A DNA stretch of 43,847 nt from Actinomycetota bacterium (GTDB lineage: Bacteria > Actinomycetota > Acidimicrobiia > Acidimicrobiales > Ilumatobacteraceae). This document shows positions 1 to 9,083 of this stretch, one piece after another; positions within the stretch are counted from its first letter, which is position 1, and every line of letters begins with the position of its first letter. The translations under genes were made by a program, and so were the position numbers. The stretch lies in NCBI GenBank assembly GCA_005793785.1, contig SXPW01000140.1, forward strand, positions 1-43,847, given 5' to 3'. The notes under the pieces were generated by a model. It was not told the origin of the DNA. It searched no databases and saw only the letters and a program-made list of their open reading frames with translations.

Positions 1-1
1 C

Positions 2-403
2 GTACATGGAGAAGTGGTGGTGTGGGTGCCCGACAACACCACCTCCACGAAGGAATCGCGCACCAAGTTGAGTGCCACCGTCAGCCTCGATGATGCAGTT
101 TCGAACGTGTCGAGATCGTCCATGTTCGTCGCGGCAATGGTGACCGGAAACGTGGACGCGCTCGCCGATGCGACGTACGACCGCCTCCATCAGGACGTGC
201 GACTGGCGATCGTGCCGGAGACGAAACGGGCCATGCGTGCGGCGTTGGATGCCGGGGCGTGGGCGTCATGGTTGTCGGGTTCGGGACCGACGATGGCCTG
301 CCTCGTCGACCCGGCTCGGGCCGAGGAAGTGATTCGATCGCTACCGCGCGGCGGGGTGACGCATCGATTGCAGATCGACTCGAACGGTCCGGTCGCTCGT
401 TAG
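2..403 (+). CDS. thrB: homoserine kinase, C-terminal part (5' end lies outside the window)
   Basis: The frame is open to the window edge. The C-terminus (...STKESR...DRLHQDVR...WLSGSGPTMACLV...) looks like the GHMP-kinase C-terminal region of homoserine kinases. Stop TAG at 401-403. Confidence 0.8.
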   Translation, partial: VHGEVVVWVPDNTTSTKESRTKLSATVSLDDAVSNVSRSSMFVAAMVTGNVDALADATYDRLHQDVRLAIVPETKRAMRAALDAGAWASWLSGSGPTMACLVDPARAEEVIRSLPRGGVTHRLQIDSNGPVAR

Positions 404-945
404 TCGGAGGTGGCGGCGCCGTCGGCAGCAATGTCGCGGAGTAGACCGCCGCGCAAGCCGAGGTATTTCTCCAGATGCACGAGCACGAGCTCGTTGGGGA
501 TGAATGCCCTCCGTCGCAGGTACGTGCCCAACTCGGCACGGGGACTCCACGCGCGATGTGCAACCACTGGATGGTTTCGTTTCAGGAGGTCGTATGCCTC
601 CTGCGGATCGAAACCGTTGGCGATGGCGATACCCCACGCCGACGACGTGCTGCGGGACATGCCGGCATGGCAATGCACGAGGAGGTTGGTCCGCCCGACG
701 CCCCACTCCATGATGTCGCGGACGTGTTGGTAGGTGGGTGCGCGGTAGCCCCCGAAGGACGACGTGACATCGTCGAACGTAACGATCTTGTGGTCGCGGT
801 GTCCGAAGTCGGCAACCTCCGAATGGTCGGGCCCGACGGTGAGCACGCTGGCGTAGTCGCCGCAGATCTCGCGTGCTTCGTCGATGTTCCGCACGGTGGG
901 GAGGAGGTCGGTGTTGATGGAAGTGGTGGAAGGAGTGGTGGTCAT
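400..945 (-). CDS. Cys-X5-Arg protein phosphatase (tyrosine/dual-specificity phosphatase-like)
   Basis: 181-aa ORF with the P-loop HCHAGMSRS (C-X5-R-S) and high third-position GC. Its stop overlaps the thrB stop on the opposite strand. Confidence 0.75.
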   Translation of the reverse strand: MTTTPSTTSINTDLLPTVRNIDEAREICGDYASVLTVGPDHSEVADFGHRDHKIVTFDDVTSSFGGYRAPTYQHVRDIMEWGVGRTNLLVHCHAGMSRSTSSAWGIAIANGFDPQEAYDLLKRNHPVVAHRAWSPRAELGTYLRRRAFIPNELVLVHLEKYLGLRGGLLRDIAADGAATSD

Positions 946-1007
946 GGCAAGGATTACGCACGCACCGCGACGATGGGTGATGTGACGAGCGAAACCAGGC
1001 AGGAATG

Positions 1008-1172
1008 CTAAGCGAGGTCGTCCGGTCGATCGCCGTGGAATTCACCCGTGTAGTCCATGTTCATGTATTCGTTGCCGCACTCGGGGCACACGGTGAAGTC
1101 GTCGTCGAAGAACTGGATCAACGTGCCGCAATAGTCGCACGGTGTGCCGTCCTCGATGATGTCGATATCCAT
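1008..1172 (-). CDS. small zinc-ribbon protein (CxxC...CxxC), function unknown
   Basis: 54 codons (MDIDIIEDGTPCDYCGTLIQFFDDDFTVCPECGNEY...) with GC-rich third positions, lying 62 nt upstream of the phosphatase gene on the same strand. This is only the 3' end of the 457-aa shadow ORF 1008..2381. An alternative ATG exists at 1235. Confidence 0.55.
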   Translation of the reverse strand: MDIDIIEDGTPCDYCGTLIQFFDDDFTVCPECGNEYMNMDYTGEFHGDRPDDLA

Positions 1173-1244
1173 GCACCCGATGATGACAGGGGGGTGTTGC
1201 GCGATCGCTGGAAGAGCACTACACCCCTTCGTCATGGTGGTGTC

Positions 1245-1490
1245 ATGCCCGATTTCCCCTTCGACTCCGAGCCCGTCACGACGACGCCTACCACCGACGG
1301 CGCCATCAGCATCACCATTTCTTGCGATACCTGCGTCATGCGTGCCACGTCCGCGTGTGACGACTGCATCATCCCGATGTTGTGTGGCGAGCCGGAAGCC
1401 GTGATCTTCGACTACGAAGAATTGCGCACCCTGGCCGCCCTGGCGAAAGCCGGACTCACACCGCGCCTGCGTCACCGACGAACCGCGTAG
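1245..1490 (+). CDS. small Cys-rich hypothetical protein
   Basis: 81 codons from ATG 1245 (MPDFPFDSEP...SCDTCVMRATSACDDCIIPMLCGEPEAVIFDYEEL...) with five Cys and high GC3. It ends 57 nt upstream of queG on the same strand. Confidence 0.5.
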   Translation: MPDFPFDSEPVTTTPTTDGAISITISCDTCVMRATSACDDCIIPMLCGEPEAVIFDYEELRTLAALAKAGLTPRLRHRRTA

Positions 1491-1547
1491 ACGCCCCGCT
1501 ACGACCGTGCGTCGTGATACGGCGAGGCCATTCGTAGCCTTCGGCGG

Positions 1548-2663
1548 ATGGACGCTGGTACGCCGAGCAACGGAACACGGCACGACGTCGACAGCTACTC
1601 CGAGGAACTCATGCGTCTCGTGCGGGACGCCGGAGCCGATCGAGTCGGCATCACCACGGCCGCCCCGTTGTTGCGCGCACGCCAGGCGATCGAGGAACGG
1701 ATCGCCACCGGCATGTCCGACGACATGCAGTTCACTTTCCGCAATGCCGAACGATCGACGACCCCGACCATGGCGGTGCAGGGTGCGCGGAGCATCATCG
1801 TCGCGGCACGTTCCTACTACTCGGAATCGTCGAGCGAACCGACACCACTTGTCGCGGCGCGCGTGGCGCGTTATGCCTGGCGCGACCACTACGAACCGCT
1901 CCGTGATGCGCTCCGCGTGGCGGCACGACGCCTGAAGCAGGACGGCCACCGCGCGACGGTGTTCGCCGACGACAATTCGATCGTCGACCGGGAGGTGGCG
2001 TATCGGGCCGGTCTTGGTTGGTACGGCAAGAACGCCAACCTCCTCTTGGAGGGTTTTGGGAGTTGGTTCGTTCTTGGTTGCGTGGTGACCACCGCCGAGT
2101 TGACTTCGAACAATCGTGTGGTGTCCGACGGATGTGGGTCTTGTCGACGATGCATCGATGCGTGTCCGACCGGCGCGATCGTCGCACCGGGGGTCGTGGA
2201 CGCGCGGAAGTGTTTGGCGTGGCTCATCCAGAAACCGGGAGTCTTTGCCCATGAATTTCGCGCAGCGCTCGGATCGCGAATCTACGGTTGTGACGACTGC
2301 CAGGAAGTGTGTCCACCGAGTCGACGTGGTGCCATCGAAAGAGTGGAAGGCGACGAGCGCAGCATCGTCGACGTGCTGCAATTACTGACTCTGCCCGACG
2401 ATGCCGTGATGCGGATGGTCGGCGAGTGGTATGTCGCCGATCGGAATCCGCGCTGGGTGCGTCGGAATGCGCTCGTCATTCTCGGCAACAGCGGACTGGG
2501 GAAGAATGAGGAGGTGGAACTCGTCCTGCTTCGTTACCTTCACGGGAACGACGACCTGTTGCGGGAACATGCGCAGTGGGCGGCTCGTACGTTGGGACGT
2601 GGCGATTTGTTGCGGGACGATTCCTTGCAGTCCGATCCGCGGGATGGCGAGTACGCGCCGTGA
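1548..2663 (+). CDS. queG: tRNA epoxyqueuosine(34) reductase
   Basis: 371 aa with two 4Fe-4S ferredoxin motifs (CGSCRRCIDACPTGAI and CDDCQEVCPP), the RYAWRDHYEPL region and a C-terminal HEAT-like tail, which together are typical of QueG. Confidence 0.9.
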   Translation: MDAGTPSNGTRHDVDSYSEELMRLVRDAGADRVGITTAAPLLRARQAIEERIATGMSDDMQFTFRNAERSTTPTMAVQGARSIIVAARSYYSESSSEPTPLVAARVARYAWRDHYEPLRDALRVAARRLKQDGHRATVFADDNSIVDREVAYRAGLGWYGKNANLLLEGFGSWFVLGCVVTTAELTSNNRVVSDGCGSCRRCIDACPTGAIVAPGVVDARKCLAWLIQKPGVFAHEFRAALGSRIYGCDDCQEVCPPSRRGAIERVEGDERSIVDVLQLLTLPDDAVMRMVGEWYVADRNPRWVRRNALVILGNSGLGKNEEVELVLLRYLHGNDDLLREHAQWAARTLGRGDLLRDDSLQSDPRDGEYAP

Positions 2664-3778
2664 AACACCTGCTCGTGACGAACGACTTTCCCCCGAAGGT
2701 CGGTGGCATTCAGAACATGTTGTGGGAGTTGTGGCGACGACTCGACCCGACGAGTTTTGCGGTCTTGACGAGTCCGTACAAGGGAGCAGAACAGTTCGAC
2801 CAACGACAGAAGTTTCGAATCGAACGAATTCGTGAGCCCGTCCTGCTACCGCACCCCATCATGGTGCGACGAATCGAGCAACTCGCACGGGAAGTGGGAG
2901 CCGAACACGTCGTGCTCGATCCGGCATTACCCCTTGGGCTACTCGGACGATCACTGTCGTTGCCGTACAGCGTGATGGTGCACGGCGCAGAGGTCACGGT
3001 GCCGGGTCGCCTGCCCGCCTCACGGCAGGCGCTGGCCCACGTGTTGCGCGGTGCCACCCACGTGTTCGCATCGGGTCGGTACCCGGCGGCGGAAGCAGTT
3101 CGAGCAGCGGGGCGCGACCTGCGTGTCGTGCAGATTCCACCGGGCGTCGACACGCAGAGGTTCGTGCCGCTGGAGGAGTCGGCTCGTCTGGCGGCGCGTG
3201 CCAAGTTTTCCGTACCACCGCACGCTCCACTCGTGGTCGGTGTGAGTCGGCTCGTCCCACGCAAGGGATTCGACGTGGCGATCCAAGCCGTCGCCCGGGT
3301 TTCGCGCGAGATCGACGGACTCACGATGTTGATCGGCGGCACCGGGCGCGATCACGGCCGGCTACAACGACTCATCGAGAACACCGGCGCACCCGTGCGC
3401 CTGCTCGGGCGCGTCAGCGACACCGACCTGCCCTCGTTGTATGGCTGTGCGGATGCGTTCATGATGCTGTGTCGCAACCGTTGGGGTGGTCTCGAGCAGG
3501 AGGGGTTCGGCATCGTTTTCAGCGAGGCCGCGGCGTGCGCGGTACCGCAAATTGCGGGCAATAGCGGTGGCGCGGCCGAGGCCGTCATCGATGGTGAGAC
3601 GGGATACGTCGTCGACGACTCGACCAACGTCCACGCCGTTGCCGGACGGTTGCAGGCTCTCCTTGCGGACACGACGCGACGTACGACGATGGGTATGGCC
3701 GCACGTGCCCGTGCGGTGTCGGAGTTCGACTACTCCGTCCTCGTCGCGCGACTCGCAGCGACTTTGCGCGCAGCTTGA
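2660..3778 (+). CDS. GT4-family (GT-B) glycosyltransferase
   Basis: GTG 2660 overlaps the queG stop (GTGA). N-terminus VKHLLVTNDFPPKVGGIQ and the E-X7-E region EQEGFGIVFSEAAACAVPQIAGNSGGAAEAV support the family. The upstream part of ORF 2576..3778 overlaps queG and is discounted. Confidence 0.85.
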   Translation: MKHLLVTNDFPPKVGGIQNMLWELWRRLDPTSFAVLTSPYKGAEQFDQRQKFRIERIREPVLLPHPIMVRRIEQLAREVGAEHVVLDPALPLGLLGRSLSLPYSVMVHGAEVTVPGRLPASRQALAHVLRGATHVFASGRYPAAEAVRAAGRDLRVVQIPPGVDTQRFVPLEESARLAARAKFSVPPHAPLVVGVSRLVPRKGFDVAIQAVARVSREIDGLTMLIGGTGRDHGRLQRLIENTGAPVRLLGRVSDTDLPSLYGCADAFMMLCRNRWGGLEQEGFGIVFSEAAACAVPQIAGNSGGAAEAVIDGETGYVVDDSTNVHAVAGRLQALLADTTRRTTMGMAARARAVSEFDYSVLVARLAATLRAA

Positions 3779-3824
3779 ACCGCGGTGGTCCCCGGCTTCG
3801 TGCAGGTCAACTAGCCTTTCGGGC

Positions 3825-4256
3825 GTGATCGACCAGGCAACCGAAACGGAACACGTCGCCGCGTCACCGGCCCGTTGCTACGACGTGGCAGTTGATTTCG
3901 AGCGCTATCCGGAATGGGCGCACGACGTGAAGGAGGCCAACGTTCTGGAACGGGACTCGAGTGGTCGGGCGCTCAAGGTCGAGTATCGAGCCAGTGCACT
4001 TGGTCGAAGCACCCACTACACCCTCGCCTACGACTATTCGCAGGCCCCCGAACGAATCTCCTGGTCGCTCGTCGACGGTGACATCATGCGCGTGATCGAC
4101 GGCGCCTACACGTTCAACCCGGAAGGTGGCGGTACAGACGTCACGTACTCGCTGAAGATCGAACTCATCGTTCCCTTGCCCGGATTCGTGAAGCGTCGCG
4201 CCGAGGTGCGCATCCTGCACACCCTGAAGGAATTGAAGACCCGCGCCGAGTCGTGA
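3825..4256 (+). CDS. SRPBCC/START-fold protein (polyketide cyclase/dehydrase-like)
   Basis: GTG 3825. About 143 aa (ARCYDVAVDFERYPEWAHDVKEANVLE...GAYTFNPEGGGTDVTYSLKIE...) with a typical SRPBCC length and pattern. Confidence 0.75.
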   Translation: MIDQATETEHVAASPARCYDVAVDFERYPEWAHDVKEANVLERDSSGRALKVEYRASALGRSTHYTLAYDYSQAPERISWSLVDGDIMRVIDGAYTFNPEGGGTDVTYSLKIELIVPLPGFVKRRAEVRILHTLKELKTRAES

Positions 4257-4296
4257 CGCTGGCAGCGGGAGCCGAGTCGTGACGCTCGCGGCAGGA
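4245..4296 (+). repeat. 26-nt tandem duplication of the SRPBCC/ROK gene junction
   Basis: Unit 1 is 4245-4270 (gccgagtcgtgacgctggcagcggga) and unit 2 is 4271-4296 (gccgagtcgtgacgctcgcggcagga). The first 16 nt are identical and 23 of 26 match overall. Confidence 0.85.
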
Positions 4297-5163
4297 ATCG
4301 ACGTCGGAGGCACCAAGTGCCTCGGAGTGGTGATCGATCTCGACCGCGACAACGTCGGCGAGCGTGACATCGTCCGTCAATTGCGACATCCCACGCCGCA
4401 CGCATCCGAGCTGGTGGATGCTCTCGTCGACATGGCGAGCGAACTCGGGGAGGTCGACTCGATCGCCGTCGGTGTTCCGGGACTCATCACGCTCGAGGGT
4501 GTCATGCGCGCCTCGCCGAACATTCCCGGTTCGGTGGACGTCGCCGTCGGACCGGAACTCACGGCTCGTCTCGGTCGTCGTGTGCACGTGGACAACGACG
4601 GCAATCTGGCGGCGCTCGCGGAGTGGCGTTACGGCGCCGGACGCGGAGCCCGGAACATGTGGATGGTCACGCTCGGAACGGGAATCGGCGGCGGACACGT
4701 GTTGAACGGGGTCGTGCAGCGGGGCGTCAACGGTTTTGCGGGGGAGATCGGCCACACCGTCGTGAATCCCGATGGTCCGCGATGCACGTGCGGTCGGAAG
4801 GGCTGTTGGGAGGTGTACGCATCGGGTCGGGGCCTCGGCATGTTGGCCAGTGGCGAGCCGGGTGAGAGCGTCATTCATCGCGCCCGTGAGGGCGATGCCG
4901 ATGCGATCACGGTGCTCGAGGCGTTCTCGCGTTGGGTCGCAATCGGATTGTCCAACATCACCAACGTGAGCGACCCGGACGTGATCGTGATCGGTGGCGG
5001 CGTTTCGGAGGCGGCCGACGTACTCATGCCGATGGTGCGACGCTGGTTCGTCGAGACCTTGTATTCGCCCGAGCAGCGCACGCATCCCGACCTGCGGGTG
5101 GCGCAACTCGGTGAACACGCGGGTGCAATCGGCGCTGCGCTGCTCCCGATGTTCGCGTCTTAG
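4279..5163 (+). CDS. ROK-family sugar kinase (glucokinase-like)
   Basis: N-terminus AAGIDVGGTK, DNDGNLAALAEW, and the ROK zinc motif CTCGRKGCWEVYASG. GTG start at 4279. Confidence 0.85.
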   Translation: MTLAAGIDVGGTKCLGVVIDLDRDNVGERDIVRQLRHPTPHASELVDALVDMASELGEVDSIAVGVPGLITLEGVMRASPNIPGSVDVAVGPELTARLGRRVHVDNDGNLAALAEWRYGAGRGARNMWMVTLGTGIGGGHVLNGVVQRGVNGFAGEIGHTVVNPDGPRCTCGRKGCWEVYASGRGLGMLASGEPGESVIHRAREGDADAITVLEAFSRWVAIGLSNITNVSDPDVIVIGGGVSEAADVLMPMVRRWFVETLYSPEQRTHPDLRVAQLGEHAGAIGAALLPMFAS

Positions 5164-5172
5164 GCTTGCGTC

Positions 5173-6387
5173 ATGGATTTTCGGCGCATCAGCAATTTGC
5201 CGCCGTACGTCTTCACCATCATCAACAACCTCAAGATCACCGCGCGCCGGGATGGTGACGACGTCATCGACCTCGGGTTCGGCAACCCCGATATTCCGTC
5301 ACCGCAAATCGCCGTCGAGAAATTGGCCGAAGCCGCCCACAATCCGAAGAACCATCGTTACTCGCTTTCTCGCGGATTGCCGAAGTTGCGCGAGGCGGTT
5401 GCGGACATGTACCAGCGCAAGTTCGGTGTGACACTCGATCCCGAACTACAAATCACCAACACGATCGGTGCCAAGGAGGGATTCAGTCACCTCATGTGGG
5501 TGCTCCTCGAGTCCGGTGACGCCGCGATCGTGCCGAGTCCGAGTTATCCGATCCACATCTTCGGACCACTCTTTGCTGGTGCCGACCTTCGTCAAATACC
5601 GATGCGCAGTCAAAAGCGTTTGCTCTCGGCGACCGACGTCGATGTCGAGTACCAGGACGAGTTCTTCGATGCACTGCACAAGGCGTGGGACGTTGGTTGG
5701 CCCAAGCCCCGTGTGTTGGTGATCTCCTTCCCGCACAACCCGACGGGAGCAACGGTCGACTTGTCGTTCATGCAACGGGTGGTCGACTTCTGTCGCGAAC
5801 GGGAGATGATCGTGGTGCACGACTTCGCGTACGCCGACATGGGTTTCAACGGCTACGAGCCGCCGTCGATCCTGCAGGCCGAAGGGGCACTCGAGTGTGC
5901 CGTGGAGTTGTACTCGATGACCAAGGGATATTCGATGGCCGGCTGGAGGTGTGCGTTCCTCGTCGGGAACACCCAAGTGGTCCAGGCGCTCGTGAAGTTG
6001 AAGTCGTACCTCGATTACGGAACCTTCCAACCCATTCAGATCGCAGCAACCGTCACGTTGAACGAGGCCCACGACTTCCCCGTGGAGGTGTGCAAGACCT
6101 ACCAGTCGCGTCGCGATGCGCTCATCGAGGGGCTCGACCGAATCGGCTGGTCGATTCCGTCGCCGCGTGGATCGATGTTCGTCTGGGCGCCGATTCCAGA
6201 ACCGTATCGCGAGATGAACGCGGTGGAATTCTGCTCGCATCTCGTGACCGAGTGCAACGTCGCACTGTCACCCGGCTCCGGTTTCGGGCCGGGAGGCGAA
6301 GGCTTCGTCCGATTTGCACTCATCGAGAACGAGCAACGCATCCACCAGGCGGTGCGGAACCTCGACCACGGCCTGCCGAAGTTGTAG
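5173..6387 (+). CDS. class I/II PLP-dependent aminotransferase (AlaC/AspC-like)
   Basis: 404 aa with LGFGNPD, the PSPSYPIH region and SMTKGYSMAGWRCAF (PLP lysine context). Confidence 0.88.
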   Translation: MDFRRISNLPPYVFTIINNLKITARRDGDDVIDLGFGNPDIPSPQIAVEKLAEAAHNPKNHRYSLSRGLPKLREAVADMYQRKFGVTLDPELQITNTIGAKEGFSHLMWVLLESGDAAIVPSPSYPIHIFGPLFAGADLRQIPMRSQKRLLSATDVDVEYQDEFFDALHKAWDVGWPKPRVLVISFPHNPTGATVDLSFMQRVVDFCREREMIVVHDFAYADMGFNGYEPPSILQAEGALECAVELYSMTKGYSMAGWRCAFLVGNTQVVQALVKLKSYLDYGTFQPIQIAATVTLNEAHDFPVEVCKTYQSRRDALIEGLDRIGWSIPSPRGSMFVWAPIPEPYREMNAVEFCSHLVTECNVALSPGSGFGPGGEGFVRFALIENEQRIHQAVRNLDHGLPKL

Positions 6388-6399
6388 CTGTCGACCGAA

Positions 6400-7896
6400 T
6401 TACGTCGACGTCCAATCGCGCGAACGCTCGACGGCTCGAAGCCATCGCGAATGTGCGATGTCGCGGTCGGCTCCGCTCGGCGAGAAGCGTCGTTCGAGCG
6501 CCCAACGCGATGCGATGTCGGCGGGCGAGTCCCACACGCCCTCGGCGAGCCCGGCCAGGTAGGCGGCGCCGATTGCCGTCGTTTCCAGTTCGGTTGGTCG
6601 GAGCACGTCGACCCCGAGTTGATCGGATTGCAATTGCAACATCATGTCCATCACGGCGGCGCCACCGTCGACGCGAAGATCGCGAATGTGGACCCCCGAG
6701 GCGCGAGTCATTGCGTCGATGACGTCACGAGTCTGGAAGACCATCGACTCGACCACCGCTCGTGCGATGTGGGCCCTGTTCGTGCCACGGGTGATTCCGA
6801 AGATTGCGCCACGAGCGTAGGCGTCCCACCACGGACTTCCGAGACCGGTGAAGGCGGGAACCACGACCACACCACCGGAGTCGGGCACGCTGGCAGCTAG
6901 GGGGCCGATCTCCGCAGCCGCACCGATGATCGAGAGTTCGTCCCGTAACCACTGGACCGCTGCGCCGGTCACGAAGATGGCGCCCTCTAGTGCGTACACC
7001 GCTGGTTGGGTGCCGAGTTGCCACGCCACCGTGGTGAGCATTCCTGGTGTGGCAGCAGGGCAGTTGGCTCCGACGTTGAGGAGCACGAAACTGCCGGTGC
7101 CGTAGGTGTTCTTGGCGCTGCCCGGGGCGAAACACGCTTGACCAAACAGCGCGGCTTGTTGATCACCCGCGATCCCCGAGATGGGGATCCCGGCCGGTAT
7201 TGCGCCGTCACGTACCGTGACACCAACGCGACCCGAAGAAGCAGATACGTCGGGAAGTTGCGATTCGCTCACTCCGAACATGGCGCACATCTCGCTGCTC
7301 CAACGCAACGTGCGGATGTCGAACAGCATCGTGCGTGACGCATTCGAGACGTCGGTGGTGAAGGCCGCACCACCGGTCAGTCGGTGTACGAGGTAGGCGT
7401 CGATGGTGGCGAATGCAAGGTGCTCGTTGTCGGCGATGTCGGTGTTGCGCAACAGCCACTCGATCTTCGAGCCGGAGAAGTAGGGGTCGAGCACCAAGCC
7501 GGTCGTTGCGCGAACGGTGGGGAGGTGCGGGGCGAGTTGGTCGCAACGTTCCGCGGTACGACGGTCCTGCCACACGATGGCGCGACGCAGTGGTGCGCCG
7601 GTTCGCCGATCGAGGGCGACCACGGTCTCGCGTTGATTCGTGATGCCGATCGCCGAGATCGGCTCGTCGAGCGCACGACATACGGTCTGCATCGTGGCGC
7701 GAACCGCCTGCCAAATCTCCTCGGCGTCGTGTTCCACCCAACCCGGCTGCGGGTAGTGCTGGGTGAATTCCCGGTAGTCGGCGATCGATTCCCTGCCATC
7801 GGCGAACACGGCACGGGTCCGGACACCGGTCGTGCCTGCATCGATGGCGAGCACCACGCCCGACGCGGTAGGTTTCCGTGCGGTGTCGGCGGCCAT
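6400..7896 (-). CDS. glpK: glycerol kinase
   Basis: FGGY-family motifs are present (VLAIDAGTTGVR..., ...VDGGAAVMDMMLQLQSDQLGV...). I use the internal ATG at 7896, giving 498 aa. The 34 upstream R/P-rich codons of ORF 6400..7998 overlap the 3' end of the histidine kinase gene (7917-7998). Confidence 0.92.
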   Translation of the reverse strand: MAADTARKPTASGVVLAIDAGTTGVRTRAVFADGRESIADYREFTQHYPQPGWVEHDAEEIWQAVRATMQTVCRALDEPISAIGITNQRETVVALDRRTGAPLRRAIVWQDRRTAERCDQLAPHLPTVRATTGLVLDPYFSGSKIEWLLRNTDIADNEHLAFATIDAYLVHRLTGGAAFTTDVSNASRTMLFDIRTLRWSSEMCAMFGVSESQLPDVSASSGRVGVTVRDGAIPAGIPISGIAGDQQAALFGQACFAPGSAKNTYGTGSFVLLNVGANCPAATPGMLTTVAWQLGTQPAVYALEGAIFVTGAAVQWLRDELSIIGAAAEIGPLAASVPDSGGVVVVPAFTGLGSPWWDAYARGAIFGITRGTNRAHIARAVVESMVFQTRDVIDAMTRASGVHIRDLRVDGGAAVMDMMLQLQSDQLGVDVLRPTELETTAIGAAYLAGLAEGVWDSPADIASRWALERRFSPSGADRDIAHSRWLRAVERSRDWTST

Positions 7897-7916
7897 GTCG
7901 CGAGAGTAGTGGCGAC

Positions 7917-9083
7917 TCACCCGGCGAGGAGCGCGTCGCAGGGCAACTCCACCACGAAACGCGCGCCGGGGTGGCCGTCGCGTCTCGACTCCACCCACAC
8001 GCGACCGCCGTGCAATCGAACGTGCTCGCGCACGAGGGCCAGCCCGAGCCCCGCACCCTCCGACGTGCCGCGTTTGCTGCTACCGGTTCCACGCGAGAAG
8101 CGTTCGAAGATTCGCTCGAGGTCGATGTCGACGACTCCATCACCGGAGTCCTCGACGGCAATCCACACGTGCCCGGCGGAATCGTCGGCGGGGGTGACGT
8201 GGACCGTCGCGGCTCCACCTCCGTGGGCGCGGGCATTGTCGAGCAGGTTGGCGACCACGCGGGCGAGGCGTCGACGATCGCCGTTGAGGCGCGCCGACGT
8301 ACATCGGGGGTCGAGGTTGATCGTCGATCTCGGCATGCTGCTCGCCTGAACCGCCTGCTGCACGAACTCGGCGACCGCCAGGTCGTCACGCGTGAGGCGA
8401 ACGGCGCCGGCGTCGTAGCGGGAGATCTCGAGTAGATCCTCCACGAGTCCGCTGAAGCGGGCGACGTCGGCGACGAGCAGATCGAGGGCCGCCTGACCAC
8501 GCTCGGGAAGTTCATCGCGCCGTGACACCATCACTTCGACGGATGCGGCGAGGGTCATGAGCGGCGAACGAAGTTCGTGGCTGACGTCGGAGGCGAATCG
8601 GGCATCACGCTCGACGCGTTCCTGCAAGCGGGCCACCATTGCGTTGAACGAATCGGTGAGCGCGTTGAGGTCGGGATCGTCGGTGGGTTCGAGTCGTGTG
8701 TCGAGGCGACCGTCGGCGATCGCACGGGCGGCATCGGCCGCCCCGGCCAGTGGTCGTACGACGCGCTCGCTCGACACGATGCCGAGTACCAGACCAACGA
8801 GGACGGTGATGACGGTGGCCAGGATCAACGAGGCGCGCACGCTGCCCAGCGTTTCGGAGATCAACTGTTCGCTGAGCCCGAGTTCGCCCTCGCGCTCGCG
8901 AAGGTTCGACCGAGTCAGGGTGTAGGTGAAGAAGAAGAGCACCCCCGAGAGCAGGAGTGCTCCGACGCCAAACGTGAGCAAGATTCGGGTCCGCACACCG
9001 ACACGGCGAGGACTCCAACGTCGTCGCAAGGCAAGCAGACGACTCCACGGATTGGGATGCGTCGGACGAATCGGGCTGGTCAC
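7917..9083 (-). CDS. two-component sensor histidine kinase (two TM helices with a short loop, HAMP, HisKA, HATPase)
   Basis: GTG 9083 overlaps the response-regulator stop (GTGA). H-box FASDVSHELRSPL, N-box NLLDNARAHG, G-boxes DSGDGV and GAGLGLALV. Only about 28 aa lie between the two TM segments. Confidence 0.85.
   Translation of the reverse strand: MTSPIRPTHPNPWSRLLALRRRWSPRRVGVRTRILLTFGVGALLLSGVLFFFTYTLTRSNLREREGELGLSEQLISETLGSVRASLILATVITVLVGLVLGIVSSERVVRPLAGAADAARAIADGRLDTRLEPTDDPDLNALTDSFNAMVARLQERVERDARFASDVSHELRSPLMTLAASVEVMVSRRDELPERGQAALDLLVADVARFSGLVEDLLEISRYDAGAVRLTRDDLAVAEFVQQAVQASSMPRSTINLDPRCTSARLNGDRRRLARVVANLLDNARAHGGGAATVHVTPADDSAGHVWIAVEDSGDGVVDIDLERIFERFSRGTGSSKRGTSEGAGLGLALVREHVRLHGGRVWVESRRDGHPGARFVVELPCDALLAG

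Noticed and set aside
1008-2381. 457-aa minus-strand ORF spanning the queG region
   Set aside because: It runs antisense to a well-supported queG and to the small + strand ORF, and its product is R/P/G-rich and low in information, as is typical of high-GC shadow frames. Only its last 54 codons (1008-1172, zinc ribbon) look like a gene.
6390-6409. GTCGAC-N8-GTCGAC palindrome between the aminotransferase gene and glpK as a bidirectional terminator
   Set aside because: It has only a 6-bp stem and an 8-nt loop, overlaps the glpK stop codon, and has no U/A tracts. It is too weak to call.
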